Positions 1 to 9,699 of a stretch of 36,160 bases of DNA are shown in pieces. Source of the DNA: Wenzhouxiangella sp. (lineage in GTDB: Bacteria > Pseudomonadota > Gammaproteobacteria > Xanthomonadales > Wenzhouxiangellaceae); NCBI GenBank assembly GCA_007135355.1, contig SLJA01000070.1, positions 1 through 36,160 of the forward strand, read 5' to 3'. Numbering within the stretch: the stretch's first letter is position 1; every line of letters starts with the position of its first letter. Below the pieces are notes generated by a model. That model had not been told where the DNA came from. It saw only the letters and a program-made list of their open reading frames with translations, and searched no databases. Both the position numbers and the translations under genes were made by a program.

Positions 1-69
1 CAGGGCTTCCAGCCACTCGCGCGTTTCCTCGCCATCCACATCGTCGGGATGCATCCAATGCTCTACCAT
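1..69 (-). CDS. aceE: Pyruvate dehydrogenase E1 component, N-terminus only (runs off the window edge)
   Basis: Not in the ORF track. The reverse complement of 1-69 reads MVEHWMHPDDVDGEETREWLEAL, matching the AceE N-terminal D-x-D-x-x-E-T-R-E-W-L-E-A-L signature. Confidence 0.85.
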   Translation of the reverse strand, partial: MVEHWMHPDDVDGEETREWLEAL

Positions 70-175
70 GCTGTCTACCCATTTTGATCTTTAGTTTTTA
101 TGACCGGACGCCACGCGTATTGCGTTCAAGCAGCCGGCTTCTGACCCGACATTGTAGTACCTGGACGGCTCGGCC

Positions 176-2335
176 TCAGATCTCGGTGGGATCCATATCC
201 AGATGCCAGCGCACGCGCCGCGCTTCCGGTAGCGAATGCAGATGCTCGACCCAGCCCGGCAGCAGGTGGAGCAGGCGCTGCCGCTCGCGCGCTTGCAGCC
301 AGAGCTGAAAGCGCGAGTAACCGCCGCGTCGAGTCAGAATCGCCGGTACCGGCCCCTGCACCCGCAGGTCGCTCCTGGGCAGGCAACGGGCGGCAGACTC
401 GAGAAACTCGCAGGCTCGTTTGGGATCATGTGCTTCGGCCCGCAGCATGGCCAGAGCGACCGCCGGCGGCAACGCGGCCGCATGGCGCTCTTCCAACAGA
501 CGACGGGCGAAACCCAAGTAGTCCGAGCGGCATAGTTCAGCCAGCAGCGGATGCTCGGGCTGACGGCTCTGCAGGATGAATTCGCCCGGCCGCCGCCCGC
601 GACCGGCGCGACCGGCAACCTGGCAGACAGCCTGACCCAGGCGTTCAGGCGCCCTGAAATCGGCGCTGAACAGGGCCTGGTCGACGTCCAGTACAGCCGC
701 TAGCGTCACGCCCGGCAGGTGGTGGCCCTTGGCCAGCATCTGCGTGCCGACCAGGATGCAGGGCTGCCCGCGCCGAATCTCGGTCAGCAGCCGGCTGAAC
801 TGATCACGGCGGCGCATGCTGTCGCGATCGACCCGGTGCACCGGCACCCCGGGAAAGCGCGCCTGCAACTGCTGCTCCAGGCGTTCGGTGCCGGCACCCA
901 GGGTATGCAGCTCGGGCTCTCCGCACTCCGGGCAGCGCGGCGGCAGGCGCCGCTCGGCACCACAGTGATGACATTGCAAGCGGCCAGCCGACTGATGCAC
1001 GGTCATGTGGGCGTCGCAACGCTGGCAATCGGCCGTCCAGCCGCAGGACGGACAGATCAGCACTGGCGCGTAACCGCGGCGGTTGCGGTAAATCAGCACC
1101 TGGCCAGCTTCACCCAGATGACGCTCGATGGCGCCCAGCAAGGCCGGATGCATGCTGACGCGCTGCCCGCGCAGATCCAGCACCGACCAGCGCGCCGGCT
1201 CGGCAGTGCCTGCCCGGCGAGTGATGGACAATTGCTGGTAGCGTCCGGCGGTCGCGTTGTTGAGGCTTTCCAGGCTGGGCGTGGCCGATCCCAGAACAAT
1301 TGGAATACCGAGCAGATGCGCACGCATCACAGCCAGATCACGGCCGTGATAGCGCGCGCCATCCTGCTGCTTGAATGATGCATCGTGCTCTTCGTCAACG
1401 ATGATCAGACCGGGCCGCCGCAGCGGCAGGAAAACGGCCGATCGCGTGCCGATAACGACCCGTGCCTGCCCGCTGCCGGCTGCCTGCCAGCAGGCCAGCC
1501 GCTCGCCCTCGCTCAAGTCCGAATGGTAGACCGCCGCGCTCAGGCCCAGGCGCGCCTCGACGCGCCGAATCAATTGCGGGGTCAAACCGATCTCAGGCAC
1601 CAGGATCAGAATCTGGCGACCGCGCCGCAGCAGCGCGCGGGCCGCCTGCAGGTAGACTTCGGTCTTGCCGCTGCCGGTGATGCCGGCCAGCAGGAAAGTC
1701 CGGTAACGATATCGGCTTGCGAGGATGAACGCCAGCGCGGTGCGCTGCTCGCTATTGAGTTCCGGCCCGGGCTCGACCGCGGATTCAGCAGCGGCGCTGG
1801 CGGAGCCAATCCAGCCCTTGTCCAGCAGCTTGCGCAAGACGGCCGCGCTGGCGCCTCGATCCAGCAGCTCCGCCCGGGTCATGGGACCCGGCTTCAGCCA
1901 CTCAAGAACCTCCGCCTGACGCCTGGCCCGGCCGACGTCCGCGGCCTGTCCCATGGCGGTGATGGCGAGTCGGTCGGGCGGACCAGCCCGAAAGGGCTTG
2001 ACCCGCCTCAAGGCCCCGGGCAGCAACAGATTGACCGCCTCGCCGGGGGCAAAGGCGTAGTAGCGTCGCGCTCGCCTCAGCAGTTCAAGCAGATCGGAGT
2101 CGATCAGCGCAACGTCGAGCACCCGCTCGATGTGCTTCAGGCTTTCGGATTCAGCCACCTCGGCATGGCCCAGAACCAGGCCGACCAAGCGCCGGGGTCC
2201 GAATGGCACCAGCACCCGGCTGCCCGGCGGCGGCAGGTTGCCATGGGCCGGGGCGAGGTAGTCGAAAGGCTGCGGCAGCGGGACCGGTACGGCAACGCGC
2301 GCGACCGCGACCACGTCCGCACCCCGGTCGCGCAA
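176..2335 (-). CDS. priA: Primosomal protein N' (replication restart helicase)
   Basis: Walker A GITGSGKT, DEEH motif, four CxxC pairs (CPSC, CQRC, CHHC, CPEC), QVAGRAGR, C-terminal W-x-L-D-x-D-P. The exact start codon is uncertain. Confidence 0.97.
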   Translation of the reverse strand: MRDRGADVVAVARVAVPVPLPQPFDYLAPAHGNLPPPGSRVLVPFGPRRLVGLVLGHAEVAESESLKHIERVLDVALIDSDLLELLRRARRYYAFAPGEAVNLLLPGALRRVKPFRAGPPDRLAITAMGQAADVGRARRQAEVLEWLKPGPMTRAELLDRGASAAVLRKLLDKGWIGSASAAAESAVEPGPELNSEQRTALAFILASRYRYRTFLLAGITGSGKTEVYLQAARALLRRGRQILILVPEIGLTPQLIRRVEARLGLSAAVYHSDLSEGERLACWQAAGSGQARVVIGTRSAVFLPLRRPGLIIVDEEHDASFKQQDGARYHGRDLAVMRAHLLGIPIVLGSATPSLESLNNATAGRYQQLSITRRAGTAEPARWSVLDLRGQRVSMHPALLGAIERHLGEAGQVLIYRNRRGYAPVLICPSCGWTADCQRCDAHMTVHQSAGRLQCHHCGAERRLPPRCPECGEPELHTLGAGTERLEQQLQARFPGVPVHRVDRDSMRRRDQFSRLLTEIRRGQPCILVGTQMLAKGHHLPGVTLAAVLDVDQALFSADFRAPERLGQAVCQVAGRAGRGRRPGEFILQSRQPEHPLLAELCRSDYLGFARRLLEERHAAALPPAVALAMLRAEAHDPKRACEFLESAARCLPRSDLRVQGPVPAILTRRGGYSRFQLWLQARERQRLLHLLPGWVEHLHSLPEARRVRWHLDMDPTEI

Positions 2336-2342
2336 GCCGGGC

Positions 2343-4478
2343 TTACAGCTCGGCTTGCAGCTTCAACTCGGTACGATGCGCCAACCGATGACCTTCCCGA
2401 TCAAGTTCAATCAGATCGGCGAGGATACGCGCCGATTCGGTCAGGAACAGGTCATGCTCGCCGTTCTCGTCGTCATCCTCTTCCAGGCTAAGATCAGGCC
2501 CGTTGACGGTGTCATGGGGCGGACGGTTGCGCGCAAAGCGTGCCTGGCGACGATTTTCGCTTTCTTCCATTTCCGCCCGACGCACTGCTTCATTGAGTGA
2601 CACCGTGGTTCGGCCCTGCATCGCTTCCCATTCCGCGATTTCCTCCAGCAGCTGCTGCAGCTCGGGCTCGGTGTCAAGGCGGGACAGGTGCCGTTCACGC
2701 GCACGCTCAATCAGGCTGGACAGATCCGCCATCGGCCGGAAATCCGCCGGATCGATTTCACCCCATGGCAAGGCGAAATCCAGCGCGCTTTCGCCGAAAT
2801 CAGCCGGATCTCCCGGCGTCGGCAGGATGATATCCGGCACCACACCCTTGGCCTGGGTTGAACCACCGGCGATGCGATAGAACTGGGCCATGGTGAGCTT
2901 GATCTGCCCCAGGCGCGCATCCTGGCTACGCGACAGGTCATCCAGATCAATCAGATTCTGAACGGTTCCCTTGCCGAAGGTCGGCTCGCCCAGAATCACG
3001 CCGCGCCCGTAATCCTGGATTGCCCCGGCAAAGATTTCCGAAGCCGAGGCGCTGCGTCGGTCAACCAGCACGGCCAGCGGCCCCTCCCACGCCATGCCCG
3101 GCTCGCGATCGGTCTCCAGAGAGACGCGCCCGCGCGAGTCGCGTACTTGAACCACCGGGCCTTGATCAATGAACAGGCCGGTCATGGTGGTGGCTTCAAT
3201 CAAGGCGCCACCGCCGTTGCCGCGCAGGTCGATGACCAGACCATCGATGTCCTCTTCCTTGAGTTCGTTGATCAAGCGCCGCACATCGCGGGTCGAGGAG
3301 CGATAGTTGGGCTCATTGCGCGCCCGCCCCTGAAAGTCGACATAGAACACCGGCACGCGGATCACGCCGATACGCCGCTGCTTGTCGCCGTCGGGGAGTT
3401 CAATCAACTCGCTTTGGGCGGCCTGCTCTTCCAGGCGCACCTGGTTGCGGACGATGTCAATCACTTTGGAGGGCCCCGACAGCGCACTATCGGCCGGCAA
3501 CACTTCAAGCCGAACGACGGTCTCACGTTCACCGCGAATCAGCGATACCACGTCATCCAGGCGCCAGCCGACCACATCGACCATCTCTTCGTCGCCCTGG
3601 GCCACGCCGATGATCCGATCGCCCGGTTGCAGACGCCCGTCCATATCGGCCGGACCACCAGTGACGATCTCCATCACCGTGGTGTACTCGGTTTCGCGCT
3701 GCAGCATCGCACCAATACCGTCCAGGGACAGGCGCATGGATATTTCGAAATTGTCGACGCTGCGCGGCGACATGAAGGCCGAATGCGGCTCGATCGAGCG
3801 CGTGTAGGCATTCATGAAAAACTGGAATACGTCTTCGCTGTTGAACTCGGCAATCCGGCGGCCCAGATTGCGGTAGCGATCGTTGAGCGTGGTGCCGATG
3901 GCCTCGTCTTCCTGGCCGGCCAGGCGCAGGCGCAACCAGTCATTCTTGACCCGCTGACGCCAGATTTCGTCCAGCTCATCGCGATCGGCCGCCCACGGCG
4001 CTTCGGTGCGATCGAAGCGATACTCTTCATCGAGGGTAAAGTCGAACCCCTGTTCGAGCAGACCGCGGGCATGCTCCACGCGTTGAGCAACGCGCCTTTG
4101 GTAGAGCTCGAAAATCACGAATGCCGGCTCGAGATCGGCCGTTTTGAGCGCATCCGACAAATGCGCGCGATAGCGCTCCAGATCGGCAATATCTTCGGCA
4201 GTGAAATACACCCGGTTGGGGTCAAGCAGCCGCAGGTACTGATCGAAAATGCGGCTGGACATGTCCGCATCGAGATCAATCCGGTGGTAGTGATAACCGC
4301 TGATGAAGCGCGTCGCCAGCCGGCTGGCGAAACGGTGTTCGGGGCGCGGCTCCAGGCGCGTCTCCGCAACCGGCTGATCGACAAGTGTGGCGGAGCCAGG
4401 CATGAGAAACAGCGCGGCCGGTAGCAAAAGCGCCAGTCCGAGCAGGGCGGTCAACAGTCGACGAGAATTCATGTTCAT
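2343..4478 (-). CDS. prc: Tail-specific carboxy-terminal processing protease (S41A)
   Basis: Signal peptide, PDZ region (GIGAML), DLRGNGGG, SASASEIFAGAIQDYGRG, TFGKGTVQ. Confidence 0.95.
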   Translation of the reverse strand: MNMNSRRLLTALLGLALLLPAALFLMPGSATLVDQPVAETRLEPRPEHRFASRLATRFISGYHYHRIDLDADMSSRIFDQYLRLLDPNRVYFTAEDIADLERYRAHLSDALKTADLEPAFVIFELYQRRVAQRVEHARGLLEQGFDFTLDEEYRFDRTEAPWAADRDELDEIWRQRVKNDWLRLRLAGQEDEAIGTTLNDRYRNLGRRIAEFNSEDVFQFFMNAYTRSIEPHSAFMSPRSVDNFEISMRLSLDGIGAMLQRETEYTTVMEIVTGGPADMDGRLQPGDRIIGVAQGDEEMVDVVGWRLDDVVSLIRGERETVVRLEVLPADSALSGPSKVIDIVRNQVRLEEQAAQSELIELPDGDKQRRIGVIRVPVFYVDFQGRARNEPNYRSSTRDVRRLINELKEEDIDGLVIDLRGNGGGALIEATTMTGLFIDQGPVVQVRDSRGRVSLETDREPGMAWEGPLAVLVDRRSASASEIFAGAIQDYGRGVILGEPTFGKGTVQNLIDLDDLSRSQDARLGQIKLTMAQFYRIAGGSTQAKGVVPDIILPTPGDPADFGESALDFALPWGEIDPADFRPMADLSSLIERARERHLSRLDTEPELQQLLEEIAEWEAMQGRTTVSLNEAVRRAEMEESENRRQARFARNRPPHDTVNGPDLSLEEDDDENGEHDLFLTESARILADLIELDREGHRLAHRTELKLQAEL

Positions 4479-4535
4479 AGGCTCTAGGACCCGTAGATCA
4501 AGCGTAAGTTTTCGTTCCGGCGCGACCAGGCGCCC

Positions 4536-5219
4536 TCAGATTGCGGACTCGACTGGATCATCGCCCATCCCCCGATCGTACTGCAGGTTGCGACAAAACG
4601 CCTTCACGAGCGCCCGGATGGCCGTTTCACAATCAATTCCCGGCGCATGGTCGATCAGTCGAGTCATGGCCAGGCCAGCATAGCCGCAAGGGTTGATGAG
4701 GGCAAATGGCGCCAGATCGAGATCGATATTGACCGCCATGCCGTGATAGCTGCAACCGCGCCGGACCTTGAGTCCAATCGAGGCGATCTTGGCCCCATTG
4801 ACATAAACGCCCGGCATGCCCTCGAGACGCGCGGCAGTCACACCCAGCCCGGCCAGCACATCCATCACACTCTGTTCCAGGCGATCAACCAGACAACGCA
4901 CCCCCAGGCGGCGGCGCTCCAGGTCCAGCAAGGGGTACAAAACAACCTGGCCCGGGCCGTGATAAGTGACCTGACCACCGCGATCGCTTTGAACCAGTGG
5001 AATGTCGCTTGTAGCCAGCACGTGCTCGGGACGCCCGGCCAGTCCCTGGGTAAAAACCGGCTCATGCTCCACCAGCCACAATTCATCCACGGTGTCGGCA
5101 CGGCGCTGGTCGGTGAATTCACGCATGGCCGTGTGCACCGAGCCGTATTCACACCGGCCCAAGCACCGTTGCCGCAGCGGCAGAGTCGCGCTGTGAGCAC
5201 TGTCCAGGCTGGGCTTCAC
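4536..5219 (-). CDS. lipB: Lipoyl(octanoyl) transferase
   Basis: LWLVEHEPVFTQG, DRGGQVTYHGPGQ, KIASIG, INPCG motifs. Start placed at the GTG at 5219, which overlaps the ybeD stop (GTGA). The 357-aa track ORF is over-extended. Confidence 0.93.
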   Translation of the reverse strand: MKPSLDSAHSATLPLRQRCLGRCEYGSVHTAMREFTDQRRADTVDELWLVEHEPVFTQGLAGRPEHVLATSDIPLVQSDRGGQVTYHGPGQVVLYPLLDLERRRLGVRCLVDRLEQSVMDVLAGLGVTAARLEGMPGVYVNGAKIASIGLKVRRGCSYHGMAVNIDLDLAPFALINPCGYAGLAMTRLIDHAPGIDCETAIRALVKAFCRNLQYDRGMGDDPVESAI

Positions 5220-5473
5220 AGCAACATCTTGACGACGTTCAAGTCGCCCAGAGCCTGGTAGAGACGCTCCAACTGTTCGCGCGACTGAGCCTGCACGGTG
5301 ATGGTGATGCTTTCGAAGCGACCATTGCGACTGGCCCGGGTCCGGACGTCGTCGGCCCGGGAATAATGGGCATGCGCGGCGACGACCGACAAGACCTCGG
5401 CACGCGCCGCGCTGCCGCTGCGCACCATGACCTTGACCGGGTAGGCGCAGGGAAATTCCAGACCGTGGCTCAC
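5216..5473 (-). CDS. ybeD: YbeD/DUF493 family protein
   Basis: LEFPC-x-YPVKVM, S-x-x-G-x-F-x-S-I-T-I-T-V, terminal VKMLL; canonical position between dacA and lipB. Confidence 0.92.
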   Translation of the reverse strand: MSHGLEFPCAYPVKVMVRSGSAARAEVLSVVAAHAHYSRADDVRTRASRNGRFESITITVQAQSREQLERLYQALGDLNVVKMLL

Positions 5474-5484
5474 GAATCAGAACT

Positions 5485-6657
5485 TCAGTCGCCGCCGAAC
5501 AAGCCGTCCAGCCACATGCGCACGCCATCCGCGGCGCGACCCACCAGGCCGGCCGGCTCAACCGAACCCAGGGCCAGTAACGGTTGGCGGCTGACCACGT
5601 CGCCGTCAAGCGTAATCACCAACTGACCCAGCCGATCACCGGCGGCAATCGGCGCTACCAGGCGATCGCTCAGCTCCATACGCGCCTGCAAGGCATCGTA
5701 ACGACCGCGCTGCACGGTCACAAACAAATCCTCTGCCAAACCCAGCGCCAGTTCTTTGTCACGACCGCGCCAGACCCGCTCTCGACCCAGTTCGACACCC
5801 CCGTCATACAGCTGGAAAGTTTCGAAAAAACGAAAGCCATAGTTCAGCAGCGCCTGACTGGCCGTTGCCCTGGTTTCTTCGTTAGCGGAACCCATCACCA
5901 CGCTGATCAACCGCATGCCGTCCCGGCTGGCCGAAGTCACCAGGCAATAGCCGGCCGTGCTGGTGTGACCCGTCTTCAGGCCGTCTACCGATGGGTCGCG
6001 CCACAACAGACGGTTGCGATTGTGCTGGCGAATGTCGGCGAAGGTGAATTCGCGCTGGGAGTACCAGCTGTAAAACTCCGGGAACTCACTGATGATGGCC
6101 CGCGCCAGAATCGCGATATCGCGAGCGGTGGTGTACTGATCCGGATCAGGCAGACCGGTCGCGTTGGTATAGTTGGTGCCCGTCATCCCCAATGCCGCGG
6201 CCTGCTGGTTCATCAGGCTGGCAAATACCGCCTCGTCGCCGGCGATATGTTCAGCAATGGCGACACTGGCATCGTTACCGGACTGAATGATGATGCCCTG
6301 CAGCAGGTCTTCCACCGACACCCGTCGACCCACCTCGACGAACATGCGCGATCCCGGCGTGCGCCAGGCGCGCTCGGAAATCAGCACCTCGTCCTGCAAT
6401 GAGAGATTGCCGGCCGCGATTTCGCGGAAAGCGACGAAGGAAGTCATCAGCTTGGTGATGCTGGCCGGCTCGACACGCGCATCACTCTCGCGCTCGGCCA
6501 GCACCACATCGCTGTGAAAGTCCAGCAGGATGAAGCTGGTGGCATTGACCGAAGGCGGCGCCGGAATCGGCACCTGGGCCTGGGCAGTCAGCGTCCAGAG
6601 AATCAGCAGCCCGGCGGCCAGACTAGCGTGAGCTGCGCGGATCAGGTTTGGGATCAT
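5485..6657 (-). CDS. dacA: D-alanyl-D-alanine carboxypeptidase (PBP5/6 family)
   Basis: SxxK (ASITKL), SxN (QSGNDA), KTG (LKTGHT) and a signal peptide. Confidence 0.93.
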   Translation of the reverse strand: MIPNLIRAAHASLAAGLLILWTLTAQAQVPIPAPPSVNATSFILLDFHSDVVLAERESDARVEPASITKLMTSFVAFREIAAGNLSLQDEVLISERAWRTPGSRMFVEVGRRVSVEDLLQGIIIQSGNDASVAIAEHIAGDEAVFASLMNQQAAALGMTGTNYTNATGLPDPDQYTTARDIAILARAIISEFPEFYSWYSQREFTFADIRQHNRNRLLWRDPSVDGLKTGHTSTAGYCLVTSASRDGMRLISVVMGSANEETRATASQALLNYGFRFFETFQLYDGGVELGRERVWRGRDKELALGLAEDLFVTVQRGRYDALQARMELSDRLVAPIAAGDRLGQLVITLDGDVVSRQPLLALGSVEPAGLVGRAADGVRMWLDGLFGGD

Positions 6658-6681
6658 GGGAATGGGTTAAAACAGTGACAG

Positions 6682-7509
6682 TCAAGGATACACAAACTGA
6701 GGCCGGCCGAAGCCCAGGCTAATCAGCTCTTCGACCCAATGCAGGCTCTGCCCAAGCTCGTACAGTGGACCCACCTGAACGCGCCAGATCGAGCCGTTTT
6801 CGGTCCGTGCTCGCTCCGTACGAACCGGAGCCACGCCGCCATCGGTGAGGGCTCGAGCGAGACCGTCGGCGCGCGCCTGCTCCGAGAACGCACCGACCTG
6901 CAGCAGCACTGGAAGGCGCGCCGGCCGCACCTGTCGCGTGATCGGGTCATCAAAGGTAATGGCCCGAACCTCGACCGGCCCCGTGCCGGCCTGTTCGATA
7001 CCCAGCTTCACGGCCGCCGCCCACGACAGATCAATGACCCGATCGGGATGAAACGGTCCGCGGTCGTTGATGCGCACGATGATGGAGCGGCCATTTTCAA
7101 GATGCCGCACCTCGGCAAAGGTGGGCAGCGGCAGGGTTCTGTGCGCCGCCGTGAGCTGAAACATGTCATAGGGCTCCCCCGATGAGGTCAGTCGACCATG
7201 GAACTTGGTGCCGTACCAGGAAGCGATACCGCGCGAGACATAGCCATCGGCGCTGCTCTTGACATAGTAAACCTCACCCAGAACGGTGTAGGGGCTGTGG
7301 TTGCCATGCGGGCTAAGCGGCTCGGGCGCGGGGACCACAGTCCGGACTTGGCTCAGATCCAGCGCCACATCCGGCGGGCCATCGACGATGGTACCCGGCG
7401 GTTTGGCCGGCCCTGGTGGCTCCAGCGGTTCGGCGTCCCGCACCGGGGCCGCACACCCCACCAGCACGGCCAGCAACACCGGCACCAGCAGGCAGCGCAA
7501 CCGAGTCAT
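6682..7509 (-). CDS. rlpA: Septal ring lytic transglycosylase RlpA (lipoprotein, DPBB plus SPOR)
   Basis: Lipobox LVGC; GIASWYG, TAAHRTLPLP, RINDRGPF; SPOR-type LQVGAFS. Confidence 0.95.
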   Translation of the reverse strand: MTRLRCLLVPVLLAVLVGCAAPVRDAEPLEPPGPAKPPGTIVDGPPDVALDLSQVRTVVPAPEPLSPHGNHSPYTVLGEVYYVKSSADGYVSRGIASWYGTKFHGRLTSSGEPYDMFQLTAAHRTLPLPTFAEVRHLENGRSIIVRINDRGPFHPDRVIDLSWAAAVKLGIEQAGTGPVEVRAITFDDPITRQVRPARLPVLLQVGAFSEQARADGLARALTDGGVAPVRTERARTENGSIWRVQVGPLYELGQSLHWVEELISLGFGRPQFVYP

Positions 7510-8486
7510 TCCATGCGCTCCCGGATCGCGTCGGCCAGCAGGGTCACCGCCATGGCGTACAGTGGCGAGCGGTTATAACGCGTAATCACGTAGAAGTTAT
7601 TCAAACCGATCCAGAACTCCGGCCCCTCTTCGGCCTCGAGCTCAATCAGCGTGGCGGCGGTGTCAGCGGCCAGCCCGGGGTTGTCAAACACGACTCCCAT
7701 GGCTTCCAGCTGAGCCAGCGTGTGGCGCGGCCGGATCGGAAAATCCTCGTTCAGATCGGGCGGCACCTGACTGACCGGCAGCACAATCGGCGCGCCCGTC
7801 TGCCAGCGGTGAACGGCCAGGTAGTTGGCGACCGAACCCAGGGCATCGGGCAACGAGCGCCACAGGTCACGCCGCCCGCTGCCGTCAAAGTCGACTGCGT
7901 AGGCACGGTAGCTGGAGGGAATGAACTGACCGATGCCCATGGCGCCGGCATACGAGCCGCGTACCTCGAACAATGGCAGCCCCTCCTCCTCGGCCAGGAC
8001 CAGGAAGTGACCGAGCTCCGCAGCGAAAAACGCGGCCCGTCGCGGGAAATAGAAGCCCAGGGTGGCCAAGGCATCAATGACGCGGAAGCTGCCGGTATTC
8101 ATGCCGTAATTGGTTTCCACGCCGACAATCGACACAATGACCTCGATCGGCACCCCGAAGCGTTCGAAAACCTCTTCCAGCAAACCGGCATTGGCGCGCC
8201 AGAACTCCGCCCCGGCTGCCTTGCGGGTTTCGGTCAAAAAGATCGGCCAGTACCGATACCAGGGCCGTGCCTCGGCCGGTCGCGTAATGGCGTCGATGAT
8301 GGACTGCTGAAAACGAGCCTCGGTCAGGACCGACCGGACCAACTCAGGATCCAGCCCATGCTCAACCGTCACCCGATCGACGAAGGCTTCGGCGCCCGGA
8401 TGCGGCTCGGCCGCATGGCTGGTCAACAGCATCAGGCTGCCGGCGCAAGCCAGCAGAAAACGAAAATTCAGCGTTTTGGTTGTCAT
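7506..8486 (-). CDS. mltB: Lytic murein transglycosylase B
   Basis: IVGVETNYG catalytic Glu, GSYAGAMG-x-GQFIPSSY, AVDFDGSG, ITRYNRS-x-x-YAM. Start placed at ATG 8486. Confidence 0.93.
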   Translation of the reverse strand: MTTKTLNFRFLLACAGSLMLLTSHAAEPHPGAEAFVDRVTVEHGLDPELVRSVLTEARFQQSIIDAITRPAEARPWYRYWPIFLTETRKAAGAEFWRANAGLLEEVFERFGVPIEVIVSIVGVETNYGMNTGSFRVIDALATLGFYFPRRAAFFAAELGHFLVLAEEEGLPLFEVRGSYAGAMGIGQFIPSSYRAYAVDFDGSGRRDLWRSLPDALGSVANYLAVHRWQTGAPIVLPVSQVPPDLNEDFPIRPRHTLAQLEAMGVVFDNPGLAADTAATLIELEAEEGPEFWIGLNNFYVITRYNRSPLYAMAVTLLADAIRERME

Positions 8487-8592
8487 GCGTTGTGTGTGAG
8501 TTGGAGGATCGGACTGATGGAATAGAGGGCGGCGGATCGAATTGGTTTCCACAGCGACTCGACCGGATGCATTTTAGCGTGCCGGGTCAATG

Positions 8593-9699
8593 TCAAGAAC
8601 CATCCATGAAGCGCCGCCGACTGTAAAGCCCCATGATCAGCCCAAAGCCGGCCAGGATGGTCACCGCCGAGGTACCGCCGTAGCTGACCAGCGGCAGGGG
8701 CACGCCGACCACGGGGATCAAACCACTGACCATGGCCACGTTGACGGTCATGTACAGGAAAAACATGGTCACGATGGTCGCGGCCAGCAACCGCCCGAAG
8801 GCATCGCGGCACTGGCTGGCCATGTACAGTGCCCGCAGGGTAATCAATCCATACAACGCCAGCACCGCCACGACACCAACAAATCCGAATTCCTCGGCCA
8901 GCACCGAAAAAATGAAATCAGTGTGCGGCTCGGGCAGAAACTCCAGGTGCGACTGGGTGCTGGCCTGCCAGCCCTTGCCGGACAGGCCACCCGAGCCCAC
9001 CGCGATTTTCGACTGAATAATGTTCCAGCCCTGACCCAGCGGGTCGCGCTCGGGGTTGAGGAACGTGAGCACGCGACTTTGCTGGTAGGCGTGCAGGTTG
9101 ACCCACAAAACCGGCAAGGCAGCGATGGCGCCGGCCACCAGCAGAACAATCAAACGCCAACGCAAGCCGGCCAGAAACATCAACACCAGCCCGCTGGCGG
9201 CTACCAGCACGGCGGTGCCCAGATCCGGCTGCATCGCAATCAGACCGGCCGGCAGGGCAATGAGGAGCAACCCCAGCGCCGTATCTCGCCAGCCCGGCGG
9301 TAACGGCCGACGACCATACCAGGCTGCCAGCATCAGCGGCAATGCCAGTTTCATGGCCTCGGCCGGCTGAAAGCGGATGAAGCCCAGATCAAGCCAGCGC
9401 TGGGCCCCCCGTCCAACTCCGAACAACGCCGTGGCCACCAACAGGCCCAGGGCGGCCAGAAAAAGCCACGGTGCCCAGATCTGCAGCAGACGCGGCGGCA
9501 AATAGGCCATGACCACCAACACCGCCAGGCCCAGGCCTAGGCGAGCCGATTGTTGCCAGACCAGCCCCAGACGCTGCTCGCCGGCACTGTAGAGAACCGC
9601 AAGCCCCACAGCTATCAACAACAACAGGGACAGCAACAACCAAGCGTCCAGTCGCAGCGCGCTGGGCAGACGCAGCCGATGCGACATCACAGCAGCCAT
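8593..9699 (-). CDS. rodA: Rod shape-determining SEDS glycosyltransferase RodA
   Basis: GAQRWL, FQPAE, QPDLGT, FLPEPHTDFIF, PLVSYGG; ATG overlaps the mrdA TGA. Confidence 0.96.
   Translation of the reverse strand: MAAVMSHRLRLPSALRLDAWLLLSLLLLIAVGLAVLYSAGEQRLGLVWQQSARLGLGLAVLVVMAYLPPRLLQIWAPWLFLAALGLLVATALFGVGRGAQRWLDLGFIRFQPAEAMKLALPLMLAAWYGRRPLPPGWRDTALGLLLIALPAGLIAMQPDLGTAVLVAASGLVLMFLAGLRWRLIVLLVAGAIAALPVLWVNLHAYQQSRVLTFLNPERDPLGQGWNIIQSKIAVGSGGLSGKGWQASTQSHLEFLPEPHTDFIFSVLAEEFGFVGVVAVLALYGLITLRALYMASQCRDAFGRLLAATIVTMFFLYMTVNVAMVSGLIPVVGVPLPLVSYGGTSAVTILAGFGLIMGLYSRRRFMDGS

Noticed and set aside
5220-5609. Apparent 130-aa N-terminal extension of LipB
   Set aside because: It overlaps ybeD and dacA in another frame; a GTG coupled to the ybeD stop gives a normal-length LipB.
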